From a virus: a DNA stretch of 64,000 bases. Under the pieces are notes generated by a model. It did no database searches. It was given only the letters and a program-made list of their open reading frames with translations, and was not told where the DNA came from. Every line of letters starts with the position of its first letter. Position 1 is the first letter of the stretch. This document shows positions 9,119 to 19,011 of this stretch, in pieces. The translations under genes were made by a program, and so were the position numbers. The stretch spans positions 1 to 64,000 of the IMG/VR virus record IMGVR_UViG_3300013939_000002; one strand, 5' to 3'.

Positions 9119-9596
9119 CATGTTCATTGCATTTCATATTTATCTTGGTTCTATATTGCATGGGCCTCCTATCAAGGAGGATATCGTTTCACAACAAAAA
9201 CAGTTTGATTGTTTGATAGCAAATGTTTGGAATGAAAGTCGTGGTGAAACAGAGAAGGGAATGTTGTTTGTAGCAAAGACAACACTGAACCGTGCCCACA
9301 GTGAACGTTTCCCCCACGATATTTGCAAAGTTGTGTTCCAGAAATCACAATTTAGCTGGACAAATAATAAAAAGAACATCAAGATAAAACCAAAGAATGT
9401 TATTGAAGAGAAGACATTTAAGAAAATCGTGTTATTGTCTTCAGTTGCAGTTCTGTTGGATAAAGTAGGTTATGATTTTACAGGTAATAGCAAATACTAT
9501 CATACCTTAAAAGTTAAACCTGTTTGGAGAAAGAAATTAAAGAAAACTTATGTTGTTGGAAATCATGTATTTTATACAAAACAGGAGAAAGTATGA
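9111..9596 (+). CDS. SleB-like cell wall hydrolase
   Basis: NVWNESRGETEKGMLFVAKTTLNRA...FPHDICKVVFQKSQFSW matches the SleB hydrolase_2 signature. Confidence 0.85.
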   Translation: MINMFIAFHIYLGSILHGPPIKEDIVSQQKQFDCLIANVWNESRGETEKGMLFVAKTTLNRAHSERFPHDICKVVFQKSQFSWTNNKKNIKIKPKNVIEEKTFKKIVLLSSVAVLLDKVGYDFTGNSKYYHTLKVKPVWRKKLKKTYVVGNHVFYTKQEKV

Positions 9597-9825
9597 GAGG
9601 ATATTCTGAATGAATTTAAAGCAGCAATAGTTTGCATTGATAGAGATTATAGAGCTTATGTAGGAACAACTTATATCTTTGTGACTGATTGGAAAGAAGC
9701 TGAACAATACTGCAAAGAGAATAGTTGGGCAGGAGAAGATTATAGTGTAGAGTATCTAATCAACTTAGAAACAAAACAGATTTATTATAATCAAACAGAA
9801 TTTAACGATATGACAGGAGAATAAA
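9597..9825 (+). CDS. hypothetical protein; open frame without canonical start
   Basis: 76-codon protein-like frame directly after TGA 9594-9596; the RBS-served ATG 9593 is one nt out of frame. Confidence 0.4.
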
Positions 9826-9826
9826 T

Positions 9827-10372
9827 ATGAAGGATAAAGAGCTTTTGAATTGGATTAAAGAACGTCTAATTCGTGTTGAAGATATTAACGAAAACATTGA
9901 TTATATTCACAAACTTCAAACTATTATTGATAATACACATCCAGAACAAATTTCACAAACTGTAGAACAACAACCAAGCAGTTCTGAACTAACACCATAC
10001 TACAAACAAAGATTACATAGTGTTTTTGATAATCAAGCAGACAAACAGTTGAAACTAATGACTGAAATGATGTTGGCAGGACTCATGGATCAACTTAATG
10101 CCAAACAGTATATTGCAGTTAAAGATATTTTAGAGTCAGAAGTTAAGATTGAACCTATGCGAGATTTTATCGTGGAATTTATTACTTCTAACTATGAATT
10201 TACGGATCAAGATATTCTACGAATTAAGAATTATACTAACTCTTCAGTAGCGCAGAAGTTTATTGATGCACAACATAAAATTATCCATGCGATTCAAACC
10301 AACGAACAAGAATTGGTTAATGCAATCTTTGGTACAGCTTTTGAGAAAATTGAAGAGGTTTTAGACAAATGA
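9827..10372 (+). CDS. hypothetical protein
   Basis: Track ORF; CAGGAGAATAAAT RBS. Confidence 0.65.
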   Translation: MKDKELLNWIKERLIRVEDINENIDYIHKLQTIIDNTHPEQISQTVEQQPSSSELTPYYKQRLHSVFDNQADKQLKLMTEMMLAGLMDQLNAKQYIAVKDILESEVKIEPMRDFIVEFITSNYEFTDQDILRIKNYTNSSVAQKFIDAQHKIIHAIQTNEQELVNAIFGTAFEKIEEVLDK

Positions 10373-10569
10373 ATTTAGTTGATTGTGTTGTTACAAGAGT
10401 TATCAAAGAACCTTACCAATATAAAGGTGAGGGTTGTGAACAGCTTACAGAATGTTGGTTTGTTGATGTTGAATATGACAGTTGGGGAGTTACTTCGGTA
10501 ACTAGTCTGATGTTCATGTCACGAGAAAAAGCAGAAAGTATAACAGAAGGTTATAAGTTTACCGCCTAA
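10369..10569 (+). CDS. hypothetical protein
   Basis: Track ORF; ATGA overlap with previous gene. Confidence 0.6.
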   Translation: MNLVDCVVTRVIKEPYQYKGEGCEQLTECWFVDVEYDSWGVTSVTSLMFMSREKAESITEGYKFTA

Positions 10570-10573
10570 TATT

Positions 10574-11842
10574 ATGGAGAGCAATTTGAATAATAATTTT
10601 TATAATGGTGTTATTTCTAAGATTGTAGAAATGAAGAGCAAAGGTATTGGTAGTCGCGCCATTGCTAAAGAGTTAGGTATTGGTAAGTCAACTGTAAATC
10701 AGTATTATAATCATTGGTGCAATGAGCAACAAGAATGCAACGAGAAAGACCAAGTTAAAACACAAGACAGTTTTGAAGACAACCTTGACATCTTGTGCGA
10801 ACACCCTGACTTTTCTGTTTCAAATCTGGCAAAGCGCCTACGCTCTGCACACAGAACTAACACACAGTTACGAAAGATTCAACGGGAGATTACAGATACG
10901 GAGTATAATTTCAAGGAAATGCTGGAAGGTGTTAACAAAGCTGTATCTAAAGTTAAAGTAACGCAGTTTGATAAAAGTTTGTTTGAACGTCCCGACATTC
11001 CTAATACAACAAATAAACATGGAACCTTTGAGATTTTGTTTTCTGATTGGCAGATAGGAAAGATTGGACAACATTATAACACACCTGTTGCAATCAAAGC
11101 GTTAAAACAGTATGGTTGCGAATTGTTAGGTATTGTAAGTCGGAAGATATTGTTTACTGATAAAATTGTGTTTGCAAGTCTTGGTGATATCGTAGAAGAC
11201 CACATGAAGCACGGTATTCAATCTGCTACCGCTTGTGATTCAGGACTATCAGAACAAATCTCTAATGCAATTGTTAATATCTGGGAAAATGTTTTAGAAC
11301 CAATCTTGAAATTAGGTATTCCGACCGAATTTGTTGGTGTCGCAGGAAATCATGGATCTAGCCAACATAAAGGGATGGATATCTATAAAGCAGGTTTGTA
11401 TTCTTACGATTACATTATTTATACTGCACTCAAACAACTTGCAAAAACAGGCGGTTATACAAACGTTACTTTTAATATCCCAGAAGGTGTGTTTGCACAT
11501 ACTGAAATCTATGGAAACACTGTTATCTACGAACACGGATATTTCAACAGTGCAACTGAGAAAAGTATGCACGACCAGATGAAAAAACGGGGACAACAAA
11601 TCAAGAAACATGTAGAATATTTCCGTTGCGGCGACATGCATCACCAGTGTTCATATGATTCTCATAAGTTGGTTTTGAATGGTGCGTTCTTTGGTATTGA
11701 TAATTTGGGTGTAGAGTATTCTGGTGTGTTAGGGTTCAGTTCTGTTCCTGCTCAAGCAGTTATGTGGCACCAACCTGAATCAAATGTTGGAAAAAGTTCA
11801 GTCAAAGAGTTTCATACAATCCAACTTGCAATTGTTGAATAA
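10574..11842 (+). CDS. HTH domain fused to calcineurin-like metallophosphoesterase (Mre11/SbcD-like)
   Basis: N-terminal GSRAIAKELGIGKSTVNQY helix-turn-helix; phosphoesterase motifs FSDWQ, LGDIVED, VAGNHG, CGDMHH. Confidence 0.7.
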   Translation: MESNLNNNFYNGVISKIVEMKSKGIGSRAIAKELGIGKSTVNQYYNHWCNEQQECNEKDQVKTQDSFEDNLDILCEHPDFSVSNLAKRLRSAHRTNTQLRKIQREITDTEYNFKEMLEGVNKAVSKVKVTQFDKSLFERPDIPNTTNKHGTFEILFSDWQIGKIGQHYNTPVAIKALKQYGCELLGIVSRKILFTDKIVFASLGDIVEDHMKHGIQSATACDSGLSEQISNAIVNIWENVLEPILKLGIPTEFVGVAGNHGSSQHKGMDIYKAGLYSYDYIIYTALKQLAKTGGYTNVTFNIPEGVFAHTEIYGNTVIYEHGYFNSATEKSMHDQMKKRGQQIKKHVEYFRCGDMHHQCSYDSHKLVLNGAFFGIDNLGVEYSGVLGFSSVPAQAVMWHQPESNVGKSSVKEFHTIQLAIVE

Positions 11843-11861
11843 TCTGTTATTATAACTATAA

Positions 11862-11894
11862 AGCCGCTTGATGAAGAATCGGCGGCTGATTTTG
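11862..11894 (+). terminator. rho-independent terminator (moderate)
   Basis: AGCCGC ... GCGGCT stem followed by GATTTTG. Confidence 0.55.
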
Positions 11895-11911
11895 TATCTG
11901 AGGAGAAATAA

Positions 11912-12487
11912 ATGAAAATTGTTGTTTTTAATGCACCTCCACGTTGTGGAAAAGATACAGTTTGTGCTAAAATTAAAGATTCTTATCCTGCCGGAATGTA
12001 CGTTTACGTTTTGAGTTTTAAAACTCCTATTTTCCGAATTGCAGCAACAACATTAGGAATGAGTTATACAAATTTTCTCCATGCTTATAATGATTATGAA
12101 GGTTGGAAAGATTCACCACAACAATGTTTGAACGGGAAAACAATTAGAGATTTGATGAAACATATCTCTGAAAAGTATATCAAACCATTCTTTGGTGATA
12201 GTTATTTTGGTGATGAATTGGTTAAAACCATCAAAAATTATCCAGAAAATTCATTGTTCTTGATTCCAGATGGTGGTTTTCCATCAGAAATTTATCCATT
12301 GATTAACGAGTTTGGTTCTGATAAAGTTGAAATCGTTCAGATGAAACGAGAAGGTTTTGATAGCTTTGAAACTGATACACGAGATTGGTTAAATATTCCA
12401 GAAATCAAAACAGTTTATTTTGATACAACAAATGGAAACGATGAAGTTATTAAATATGTCAAGGAGAATATCAAGTGGAAAAGCTAA
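11912..12487 (+). CDS. deoxynucleoside monophosphate kinase-like P-loop protein
   Basis: N-terminal VVFNAPPRCGKDT P-loop; size and context (next to nucleotidase, ThyX) as in T5-type dNMP kinases. Confidence 0.55.
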   Translation: MKIVVFNAPPRCGKDTVCAKIKDSYPAGMYVYVLSFKTPIFRIAATTLGMSYTNFLHAYNDYEGWKDSPQQCLNGKTIRDLMKHISEKYIKPFFGDSYFGDELVKTIKNYPENSLFLIPDGGFPSEIYPLINEFGSDKVEIVQMKREGFDSFETDTRDWLNIPEIKTVYFDTTNGNDEVIKYVKENIKWKS

Positions 12488-13062
12488 CTATTGGAATCGA
12501 TGTTGATTTGACAATTGTTGATGCTGCTTTTCAACGTTGGGGTTGGGTTAATTATTTAAATAATGTTTCACACCACTATCACGATATTGAAGAATTTAAA
12601 AGCATGAGTTCTATTTGTTACAATCTCGGTTTTTATTATCCAGATTTAAATGAACAAGAAGTTATGGCTTTTTGGAAATCAGAGATTTATAATAATCTGG
12701 AACCTTATAAAGAAGCTGTTGAGGTTATAAATAGTTGGGCACAAGCGGGACATAATATTTGTTTTATTAGCATTTGCAAACAAGATCATTTTAGAAACAA
12801 AGTTGAATTTCTAAAGAAACATTTCAATATCCCAACAGAACAATTTGGTTTTATAGCAACAAAGCAAAAAGGTTTTGTAGATGTTGATGTTATGATTGAT
12901 GATCGACTTTCTAATCTAAAACAGTTTAACCACAAACCAGAAGTTGCTAAGATCTTGTTTGAGACACCATTTGACCAAGAACTCAATGAATCAGAAGTTA
13001 GCCTTGATTTAAAAACAAAAGATTGGTATAAAATTGGAAAATTTGTAGAAGGTTTGGTATGA
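12475..13062 (+). CDS. HAD-family 5'(3')-deoxyribonucleotidase-like phosphatase
   Basis: GTG start; IGIDVDLTIVD (DxDxT) and C-terminal IDDR motif. Confidence 0.65.
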   Translation: MEKLTIGIDVDLTIVDAAFQRWGWVNYLNNVSHHYHDIEEFKSMSSICYNLGFYYPDLNEQEVMAFWKSEIYNNLEPYKEAVEVINSWAQAGHNICFISICKQDHFRNKVEFLKKHFNIPTEQFGFIATKQKGFVDVDVMIDDRLSNLKQFNHKPEVAKILFETPFDQELNESEVSLDLKTKDWYKIGKFVEGLV

Positions 13063-13253
13063 GTTGTAAACAACCCTATTGCAAAGAAAACGTTTATGTT
13101 GTAGTCTTAGATAACTATGGAAACAGACTGTGTGAGTTTGTTAATCGACATAATATTTGTCGTGCAGCATTTTATTTGAAACTGAATAGACAATATGATA
13201 TTGATGTTCATGGAAACTTTCAATTATATTTTGATGGAAACCGGATTCGATAA
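13059..13253 (+). CDS. hypothetical protein
   Basis: Track ORF; ATGA overlap with previous gene. Confidence 0.55.
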   Translation: MSCKQPYCKENVYVVVLDNYGNRLCEFVNRHNICRAAFYLKLNRQYDIDVHGNFQLYFDGNRIR

Positions 13254-13262
13254 GGAGAAGTA

Positions 13263-14243
13263 ATGTATAGTGTAGTTGTAGAAGGTAAGGGTGGGATTGT
13301 AGCACGAATTGTTGCAGACAGTATCAATGAGCAAGGAAATCGAATCACTACTTTTGAACTTGAATATCATCGTTTTATTCACAGTGAGATTATGACTCAC
13401 CGCCTCTTCTCACGGAACGCAATGAGCAGTCGTGCTGTTCCTGTTAGTAAAATGATTGAACAAGTGCGAAATAATCCAGCAACTCCGATTCATTGGGGTA
13501 AAAACCAAGCAGGTATGCAAGCAAAAGAAGAGTTACAGGATTGGTCTGTAGAAAGCGCAATGCGTCAGTGGAAACAAGCCTCAGCGTATGCTACGGGACA
13601 GGCAGAGATCCTGAACACTATTGGTGCACATAAGCAGATTATTAATAGGTTGCTTGAACCATTTCAGATGATGAAAACAGTCCTGACAGCTACAGAGTTC
13701 GATAATTTCTTTTGGCTTCGTTGTGATCCAGATGCACAACCAGAAATCCAAGAACTAGCTTCCTGTATGTTTGAAGCAATGCAAAAAAGTAAACCAGAAC
13801 AACTAAAAGCAGGTCAATGGCACACACCTTACGTGGATCATTGGGTTGGTGTGGAAGAACATGAAGATGAATTTGGATATTTGATTTATGAAAATGACCA
13901 ACCTAAGATGGTAACGCTAGAAGAAGCTAAAGCAATCAGTGCTTCTTGCTGTGCTCAAGTTAGTTATCGGTCTTTGAACAACACTTACGAAAAAGCTATG
14001 GATATCTATAAGAAATTGGCAAGTGGTCGAAAGGTTCATGCTTCTCCTTTTGAACACGTAGCAACGCCTATGGAATATCCTATTCATTCACAGTTTCCTG
14101 ATTTAGCAATGGAATATTCAGCACTAGAAGATGGAACAACACATTGTGACACTAAGGGTAAAGCTTGGTCTGGGAACTTTAAAGGTTGGATTCAGTTGCG
14201 CCAGACTTTAGATAATCATGTTTGTTGGAACTATGAGGATTAA
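13263..14243 (+). CDS. thyX: flavin-dependent thymidylate synthase (ThyX-like)
   Basis: HSEIMTHRLFSRNAMSSRA resembles the ThyX RHRxxSxxxxSxR motif (first Arg replaced by Thr, one extra residue). Confidence 0.75.
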   Translation: MYSVVVEGKGGIVARIVADSINEQGNRITTFELEYHRFIHSEIMTHRLFSRNAMSSRAVPVSKMIEQVRNNPATPIHWGKNQAGMQAKEELQDWSVESAMRQWKQASAYATGQAEILNTIGAHKQIINRLLEPFQMMKTVLTATEFDNFFWLRCDPDAQPEIQELASCMFEAMQKSKPEQLKAGQWHTPYVDHWVGVEEHEDEFGYLIYENDQPKMVTLEEAKAISASCCAQVSYRSLNNTYEKAMDIYKKLASGRKVHASPFEHVATPMEYPIHSQFPDLAMEYSALEDGTTHCDTKGKAWSGNFKGWIQLRQTLDNHVCWNYED

Positions 14244-14245
14244 TT

Positions 14246-14563
14246 ATGACTGTGTACCGTGAACCTATAGGCGGAATTGGATTAGTTGTAGACGGAAAGA
14301 TTATCAAGAAACTTTTAAAACTTGACTTAATCAGTGACGTAGAAGATAATGAAGATATTCGGTATGCACTACTAGATTTGGATTTGAATGGTGCAGAAGA
14401 AGTTAAAGTTTGTGATGGAGCCGTTTATATCTTGATTGCAGGTAATAACCTAGACGAAATTATTACAAATTCAGCTAAATTCACCTTTGATGTTTATATC
14501 AAACTTGATATACAATACAACTTCCGAGATTTAAAACCAATTGCAGATATTTATACTTATTAA
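14246..14563 (+). CDS. hypothetical protein
   Basis: Track ORF, tightly packed. Confidence 0.6.
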   Translation: MTVYREPIGGIGLVVDGKIIKKLLKLDLISDVEDNEDIRYALLDLDLNGAEEVKVCDGAVYILIAGNNLDEIITNSAKFTFDVYIKLDIQYNFRDLKPIADIYTY

Positions 14564-14574
14564 AGCAAATTGGC

Positions 14575-14603
14575 TTGACAATTTAAAAGAAAATTGATAA
14601 TAT
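14575..14603 (+). promoter_or_regulatory. sigma70-like promoter TTGACA-17-TAATAT
   Basis: TTGACA 14575-14580, 17-nt spacer, TAATAT 14598-14603; followed by hairpin GCCTGC..GCAGGC. Confidence 0.75.
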
Positions 14604-14661
14604 AAGTGCCTGCTCAAATAAAGGCAGGCCATTACAGAGAAATATAAGAGGAATTATAAAT

Positions 14662-15234
14662 ATGTCTATGAGTGAGACACTAAATACCCAAACAACTTAT
14701 GTTAGTGTAACAATTGATTTTCTGAAAGCATTGAATCCAGATTGGGATATTGAAAATGATAATCGTCACTTGTTTGCTGCTTTGCGTGCTGTAGGCATCA
14801 ATCCAGAAAAGAAAATTGATGTATTGAAAGATAAGTTTGTTCGTTATGTTCATGCTCCATTGTATTCACGAGAAACAACAATCTATCAAGGCCAATTGAT
14901 TAAAGACTATCAGTTTGCTAATATGTATAACAATGTTGAAGTTCTGGATGTTAATATCAAAAATGATGTAAATATTGAAACTGTTGTTAAATTCCTGACA
15001 GAAATGGATAAGAAAAAGAAATTGGTTCAGGATTTTGATTTTGAAGATGAAAGCTGTTATATTGGTTCAGAAGGAAATCGTGATTTAAAAAATAACTATA
15101 TGACAAAACAAGACAAAAAGAAATACAAAGTTATTAATGTCAATGATGAAACATTAGATAAGATTCTTGAAAAGAAAGAAATTTATTCTAGCCCGTTTGA
15201 TTTGCCAGAAGAGGATAATGATTATGAAGTTTAA
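14662..15234 (+). CDS. hypothetical protein
   Basis: Track ORF; AGAGGAATTATAAAT RBS. Confidence 0.65.
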   Translation: MSMSETLNTQTTYVSVTIDFLKALNPDWDIENDNRHLFAALRAVGINPEKKIDVLKDKFVRYVHAPLYSRETTIYQGQLIKDYQFANMYNNVEVLDVNIKNDVNIETVVKFLTEMDKKKKLVQDFDFEDESCYIGSEGNRDLKNNYMTKQDKKKYKVINVNDETLDKILEKKEIYSSPFDLPEEDNDYEV

Positions 15235-15418
15235 GGTTTGGTTAGATAGTGGAGCAAATCACAGCAGTATGCGACGTGTAATAACTTCGCTTGAGGAGCT
15301 TGCAATTACAGTTGAAGAGTGGAATAGTTTATCTGAAGAAGAACAAGAAGAAATTATGAAAGAGGTCGCATTCGAGCAAGCAGAGTGGGGTTACGAGGAA
15401 GTAAAGGATGAGTCTTAA
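15224..15418 (+). CDS. hypothetical acidic protein
   Basis: ATG 15224 after GAGGATAATGATT; in frame with track ORF 15167..15418. Confidence 0.55.
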   Translation: MKFKVWLDSGANHSSMRRVITSLEELAITVEEWNSLSEEEQEEIMKEVAFEQAEWGYEEVKDES

Positions 15419-15644
15419 TATTCCAGAAACATATTATTTCGAGACAAATGAGCCTGTTTTCAATAATATAGAAACGATGGACGTTTTCTTAACTTATCAT
15501 TTAGATATTGATTCAGAAATTTTGTTAGAGGATGGAACATACATTGAAATCTTGCACAAGGGTGTTCGCTATGGAGTTCATGCTTCTGGGAACGGAGATT
15601 TCTGCAATCATAAAATTGAATTCGAGGAGTTAGAGAATGAATAA
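15408..15644 (+). CDS. hypothetical protein
   Basis: Track ORF, overlapping starts and stops. Confidence 0.6.
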   Translation: MSLNIPETYYFETNEPVFNNIETMDVFLTYHLDIDSEILLEDGTYIEILHKGVRYGVHASGNGDFCNHKIEFEELENE

Positions 15645-15849
15645 AAGAGATATTGAGATTTTAACACGATGTGTTGATAAAGAAGGTTTTGAGTATGCAA
15701 TGTTGCATTATTCGTCTTACGACCACACATCACCGGAATATAACCGAGTCGATGACGAGAAGTTCCATGAACTACGGAAGAATTTTATTAAAGCACATGA
15801 GGAACTGAATAGTTATCTTCGTGAACACATTGAAAGTGATCGACTGTGA
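15637..15849 (+). CDS. hypothetical protein
   Basis: Track ORF. Confidence 0.6.
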   Translation: MNKRDIEILTRCVDKEGFEYAMLHYSSYDHTSPEYNRVDDEKFHELRKNFIKAHEELNSYLREHIESDRL

Positions 15850-15986
15850 GTTATAACCTATAACTAATAAAATAGTCAACAGTGGTGTTATTACACTATA
15901 AATAATTAGATGATGATAACAGACAATGTAATAATTAAGAACACCACGAAAATACACTCAATAATTCTTGAAATGGAGTAACTGTT

Positions 15987-16538
15987 ATGGCTTCAGCCAA
16001 TACTAAGAGAGATAAAAGCAAAGATTATTCAGATTTATACTCAACGCCAGAAATTGCATTAGATAAATTATTTGAAATTATTGAGTTTGGTAAATGTAGA
16101 CAATATTTTGAACCTTGTGCGGGGATTGGCATTGTTAGTGAATATCTACGAAAGAAAGGGTTGTATGTTGTAACAAATGAACTATTTGATCATGGATATA
16201 AAACAGAATACAACGAAGATTTCCTGAATACAGATATCAAATTCAATTATGACATAATTATTTCAAACCCACCTTATAAATTGGCAAATGAGTTTGTAAA
16301 TAAAGGCTTCGAGTGCGCTGAAGAGCAATACCTACTATTACGCCTGCAATTCCTTGAAAGCAAGAAACGATATGAGCAACTATTCAGTAAAGGTCATTTG
16401 AAAAATGTCTATGTGTTTGTAAGTCGAATTAGTTGTACTGAGGGTGTTGAACAGAAAGATACTGCCAACAGTGTTACTTATTGTTGGTGTCATTTCGATA
16501 GGAATTATATTGGTCAACCGACACTTCACTGGATTTAA
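15987..16538 (+). CDS. DNA N6-adenine methyltransferase (orphan)
   Basis: Motif I FEPCAGIGIV and motif IV IISNPPY; no adjacent restriction gene. Confidence 0.75.
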   Translation: MASANTKRDKSKDYSDLYSTPEIALDKLFEIIEFGKCRQYFEPCAGIGIVSEYLRKKGLYVVTNELFDHGYKTEYNEDFLNTDIKFNYDIIISNPPYKLANEFVNKGFECAEEQYLLLRLQFLESKKRYEQLFSKGHLKNVYVFVSRISCTEGVEQKDTANSVTYCWCHFDRNYIGQPTLHWI

Positions 16539-16548
16539 AGAGGGACAA

Positions 16549-16707
16549 ATGAATAATAAAGATGAGCCTGTTTGGATTAAGAAAGGATTTCCGAGTTCAC
16601 AAGAATATCATGGTTGGTTGGATTTCAACAGCCTTGTGCATAGCAACTTTAGTTTAGAAGTTGCAGAACCTTATGAAGAAAAGACAAAACAAGAAGAAAA
16701 TATTTAA
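16549..16707 (+). CDS. small hypothetical protein (52 aa)
   Basis: ATG 16549 after AAGAGGGACAA; in frame with track ORF 16444..16707. Confidence 0.45.
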   Translation: MNNKDEPVWIKKGFPSSQEYHGWLDFNSLVHSNFSLEVAEPYEEKTKQEENI

Positions 16708-16717
16708 GGAGAAGGAA

Positions 16718-18964
16718 TTGATTAAAACTGTTATTAAACGTGATGGTTCTGCTGTTGAATTTGATCCAACCAAACTGAATCGCTGGGCTGAATGGGCAAC
16801 AAACAATCAAGTTTCTTGGTCAGATGTTGTTATGAATGCAGTTAAGAAACTCTCAGATAATTGCACAACAAAAGATATTCACCAAGCACTTATTGATACA
16901 TGTCTTGAAAAGAAAACCTATGAACACGCTGATGTTGCAGCACGATTAACAGTTGGTGAGATTTATAAAGAAGTCTTTGGTGGTTTTATTGAACCTCCTT
17001 CGTTAGCTGAATTTTATAATAAAATGGTATCTTCTGGTAAATGGGAAGATATGGGTTATACAGAAGATGAACTAGAAGAAATTGACAGTTTTGTAGTCCA
17101 CAATAAAGATTTAACTTATCAGTATTCTAGTTTGCGTCAGATTATTGATAAATATTGTATTAAAAACAAACATACCAACGAATTGTTTGAAACACCGCAG
17201 TTTATGTATGTTGGTATTGCTCTTGCTGCAATGCAAAATCAACCATCAGAACGAAAAGTTGAAGATGTTATTAAACTTTATACATATTTGTCTGATTTGA
17301 AAATTAATGTTCCAACACCAATTCTTTCTGGTCTGAGGACAAAGTTTAAAGGTTATGCAAGTTGCTGTTTGTTTACTACCGATGACACAGCAGATAGTAT
17401 TGAAGTAGGAACACACATTGCTTATAAGATGACATGTCAGTCAGCAGGGATTGGTGGTTATCTGCATACACGTAGCGTTAAAGATCCTGTACGCAATGGT
17501 GATATTGTTCATTATGGGAAAATCCCTTATTTGCGTTACTATGAGTCAGCAGTTAAGTCAACAAAACAAGCTGTTCGTGGGGGAAGTGCAACAATTCATG
17601 TTAATATTCTAGATCCAGAAATTGAAGATTTGATTCGACTGAAACATCCAACAACTCCAACACAAAAACAAATTCGTGGTTTAGATTATAGTGTTTCAAT
17701 GAACAAACTGTTTGTTTCCAAAGTTGCTAAGAATGAACAGTGGATGTTAATTTCAAACTATTATGCACCAGATTTGTATGAAAAGTTTTATAGTAATGAT
17801 TATGGAGGTTTTGTAGAACTTTATAATAAATATGATAATTCAAATGTTCCAAAGAAATATGTTAATGCTCGTGAGTTAGCTATTGATATTCAAAAGATGT
17901 GGCGGGAAACAGGACGAGTCTATAAAACATTTATCGATGAAATCAACACCCATACACCATTTAAAGAGTCGATTTATAGTTCCAATTTATGCCAAGAAAT
18001 AACCCTTCCAACCAAAGGGTATGAATCGGTAACAGATCTTTATAATAAAGATGGTGATGGTGAAGTAGCATTGTGTTTTATTGCAGCAATTGTAGCAGGA
18101 CGAGTTTCTGAAGAAGAATATGAAGATATTGCATATTACACACTACTATTGATTGACAACACAATGGATTTAATGGATTATCCGTTTGAACAAATGGAAA
18201 AGACTGCTAAAGCCCGACGCAGTGTAGGTATTGGTATTATTAACCTTGCCAATCATCTTGCAAAGAATGGAACAGGTTATTCTAGTCGTGTCGGCAAGCG
18301 CCTTGTTCACGAATTAGCAGAGATGCACAGTTATTATTTGCACAAAGGAAGTTTGCGTTTAGCAAAAGAAAAAGGAAATGCAGAGTGGATTGATAAAACT
18401 AAATATCCTGATGGTTGGTTGCCAATTGATACATACAACAAGAATGTAGATGATGTTGTTGAATCCAGTTTGAAATATGATTGGGAATCCTTGCGACAAA
18501 GCATTATTGAAAACAAAGGAATCCGGAATAGTGTCCTTGAAGCATTTATGCCAGGGGAATCTAGTTCTCTTGCAACAAGCACAACAAATGGTTTGTATCC
18601 GATTCGTTCAGAATTGATTATCAAGTCAAGTGATATTAACAAAATTCCTGTTTTTGTTCCTGATTATCAAGATTTGATGACAAGGTATACTTACGAGCGT
18701 TGTTGGGATGTCCCGTTCAAAGATTTGGTTGATGTTTATGCAATTGTTCAGAAGTTCTGTGGGCAAAGCATCAGCGCCGATTTCTACTTCGATGTTTCCA
18801 AATATCCTGAAGGTAAAATCGGAACAAAAGAGGACTTGACAAATCTTCTCTATATGTGCAAAATGGGCTTAAAGACTCATTACTATTGCAATACACGCTC
18901 TCAGGGAGAAGAACAAGAACAACCTCAAGCAGAAGGTTGTGCAGGTGGTGGTTGCACGCTATAA
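16718..18964 (+). CDS. nrdA: ribonucleotide reductase class Ia large subunit with ATP-cone
   Basis: TTG 16718 after AAGGAGAAGGAA (in frame with track 16661); ATP-cone VIKRDGSAVEFD, NLCQEITLP active-site motif, C-terminal CAGGGC. Confidence 0.95.
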   Translation: MIKTVIKRDGSAVEFDPTKLNRWAEWATNNQVSWSDVVMNAVKKLSDNCTTKDIHQALIDTCLEKKTYEHADVAARLTVGEIYKEVFGGFIEPPSLAEFYNKMVSSGKWEDMGYTEDELEEIDSFVVHNKDLTYQYSSLRQIIDKYCIKNKHTNELFETPQFMYVGIALAAMQNQPSERKVEDVIKLYTYLSDLKINVPTPILSGLRTKFKGYASCCLFTTDDTADSIEVGTHIAYKMTCQSAGIGGYLHTRSVKDPVRNGDIVHYGKIPYLRYYESAVKSTKQAVRGGSATIHVNILDPEIEDLIRLKHPTTPTQKQIRGLDYSVSMNKLFVSKVAKNEQWMLISNYYAPDLYEKFYSNDYGGFVELYNKYDNSNVPKKYVNARELAIDIQKMWRETGRVYKTFIDEINTHTPFKESIYSSNLCQEITLPTKGYESVTDLYNKDGDGEVALCFIAAIVAGRVSEEEYEDIAYYTLLLIDNTMDLMDYPFEQMEKTAKARRSVGIGIINLANHLAKNGTGYSSRVGKRLVHELAEMHSYYLHKGSLRLAKEKGNAEWIDKTKYPDGWLPIDTYNKNVDDVVESSLKYDWESLRQSIIENKGIRNSVLEAFMPGESSSLATSTTNGLYPIRSELIIKSSDINKIPVFVPDYQDLMTRYTYERCWDVPFKDLVDVYAIVQKFCGQSISADFYFDVSKYPEGKIGTKEDLTNLLYMCKMGLKTHYYCNTRSQGEEQEQPQAEGCAGGGCTL

Positions 18965-19011
18965 TAACAAAGGAGGGTTCTCTGAACCCTCAATTTTAGA
19001 GGAGAAAAGAA

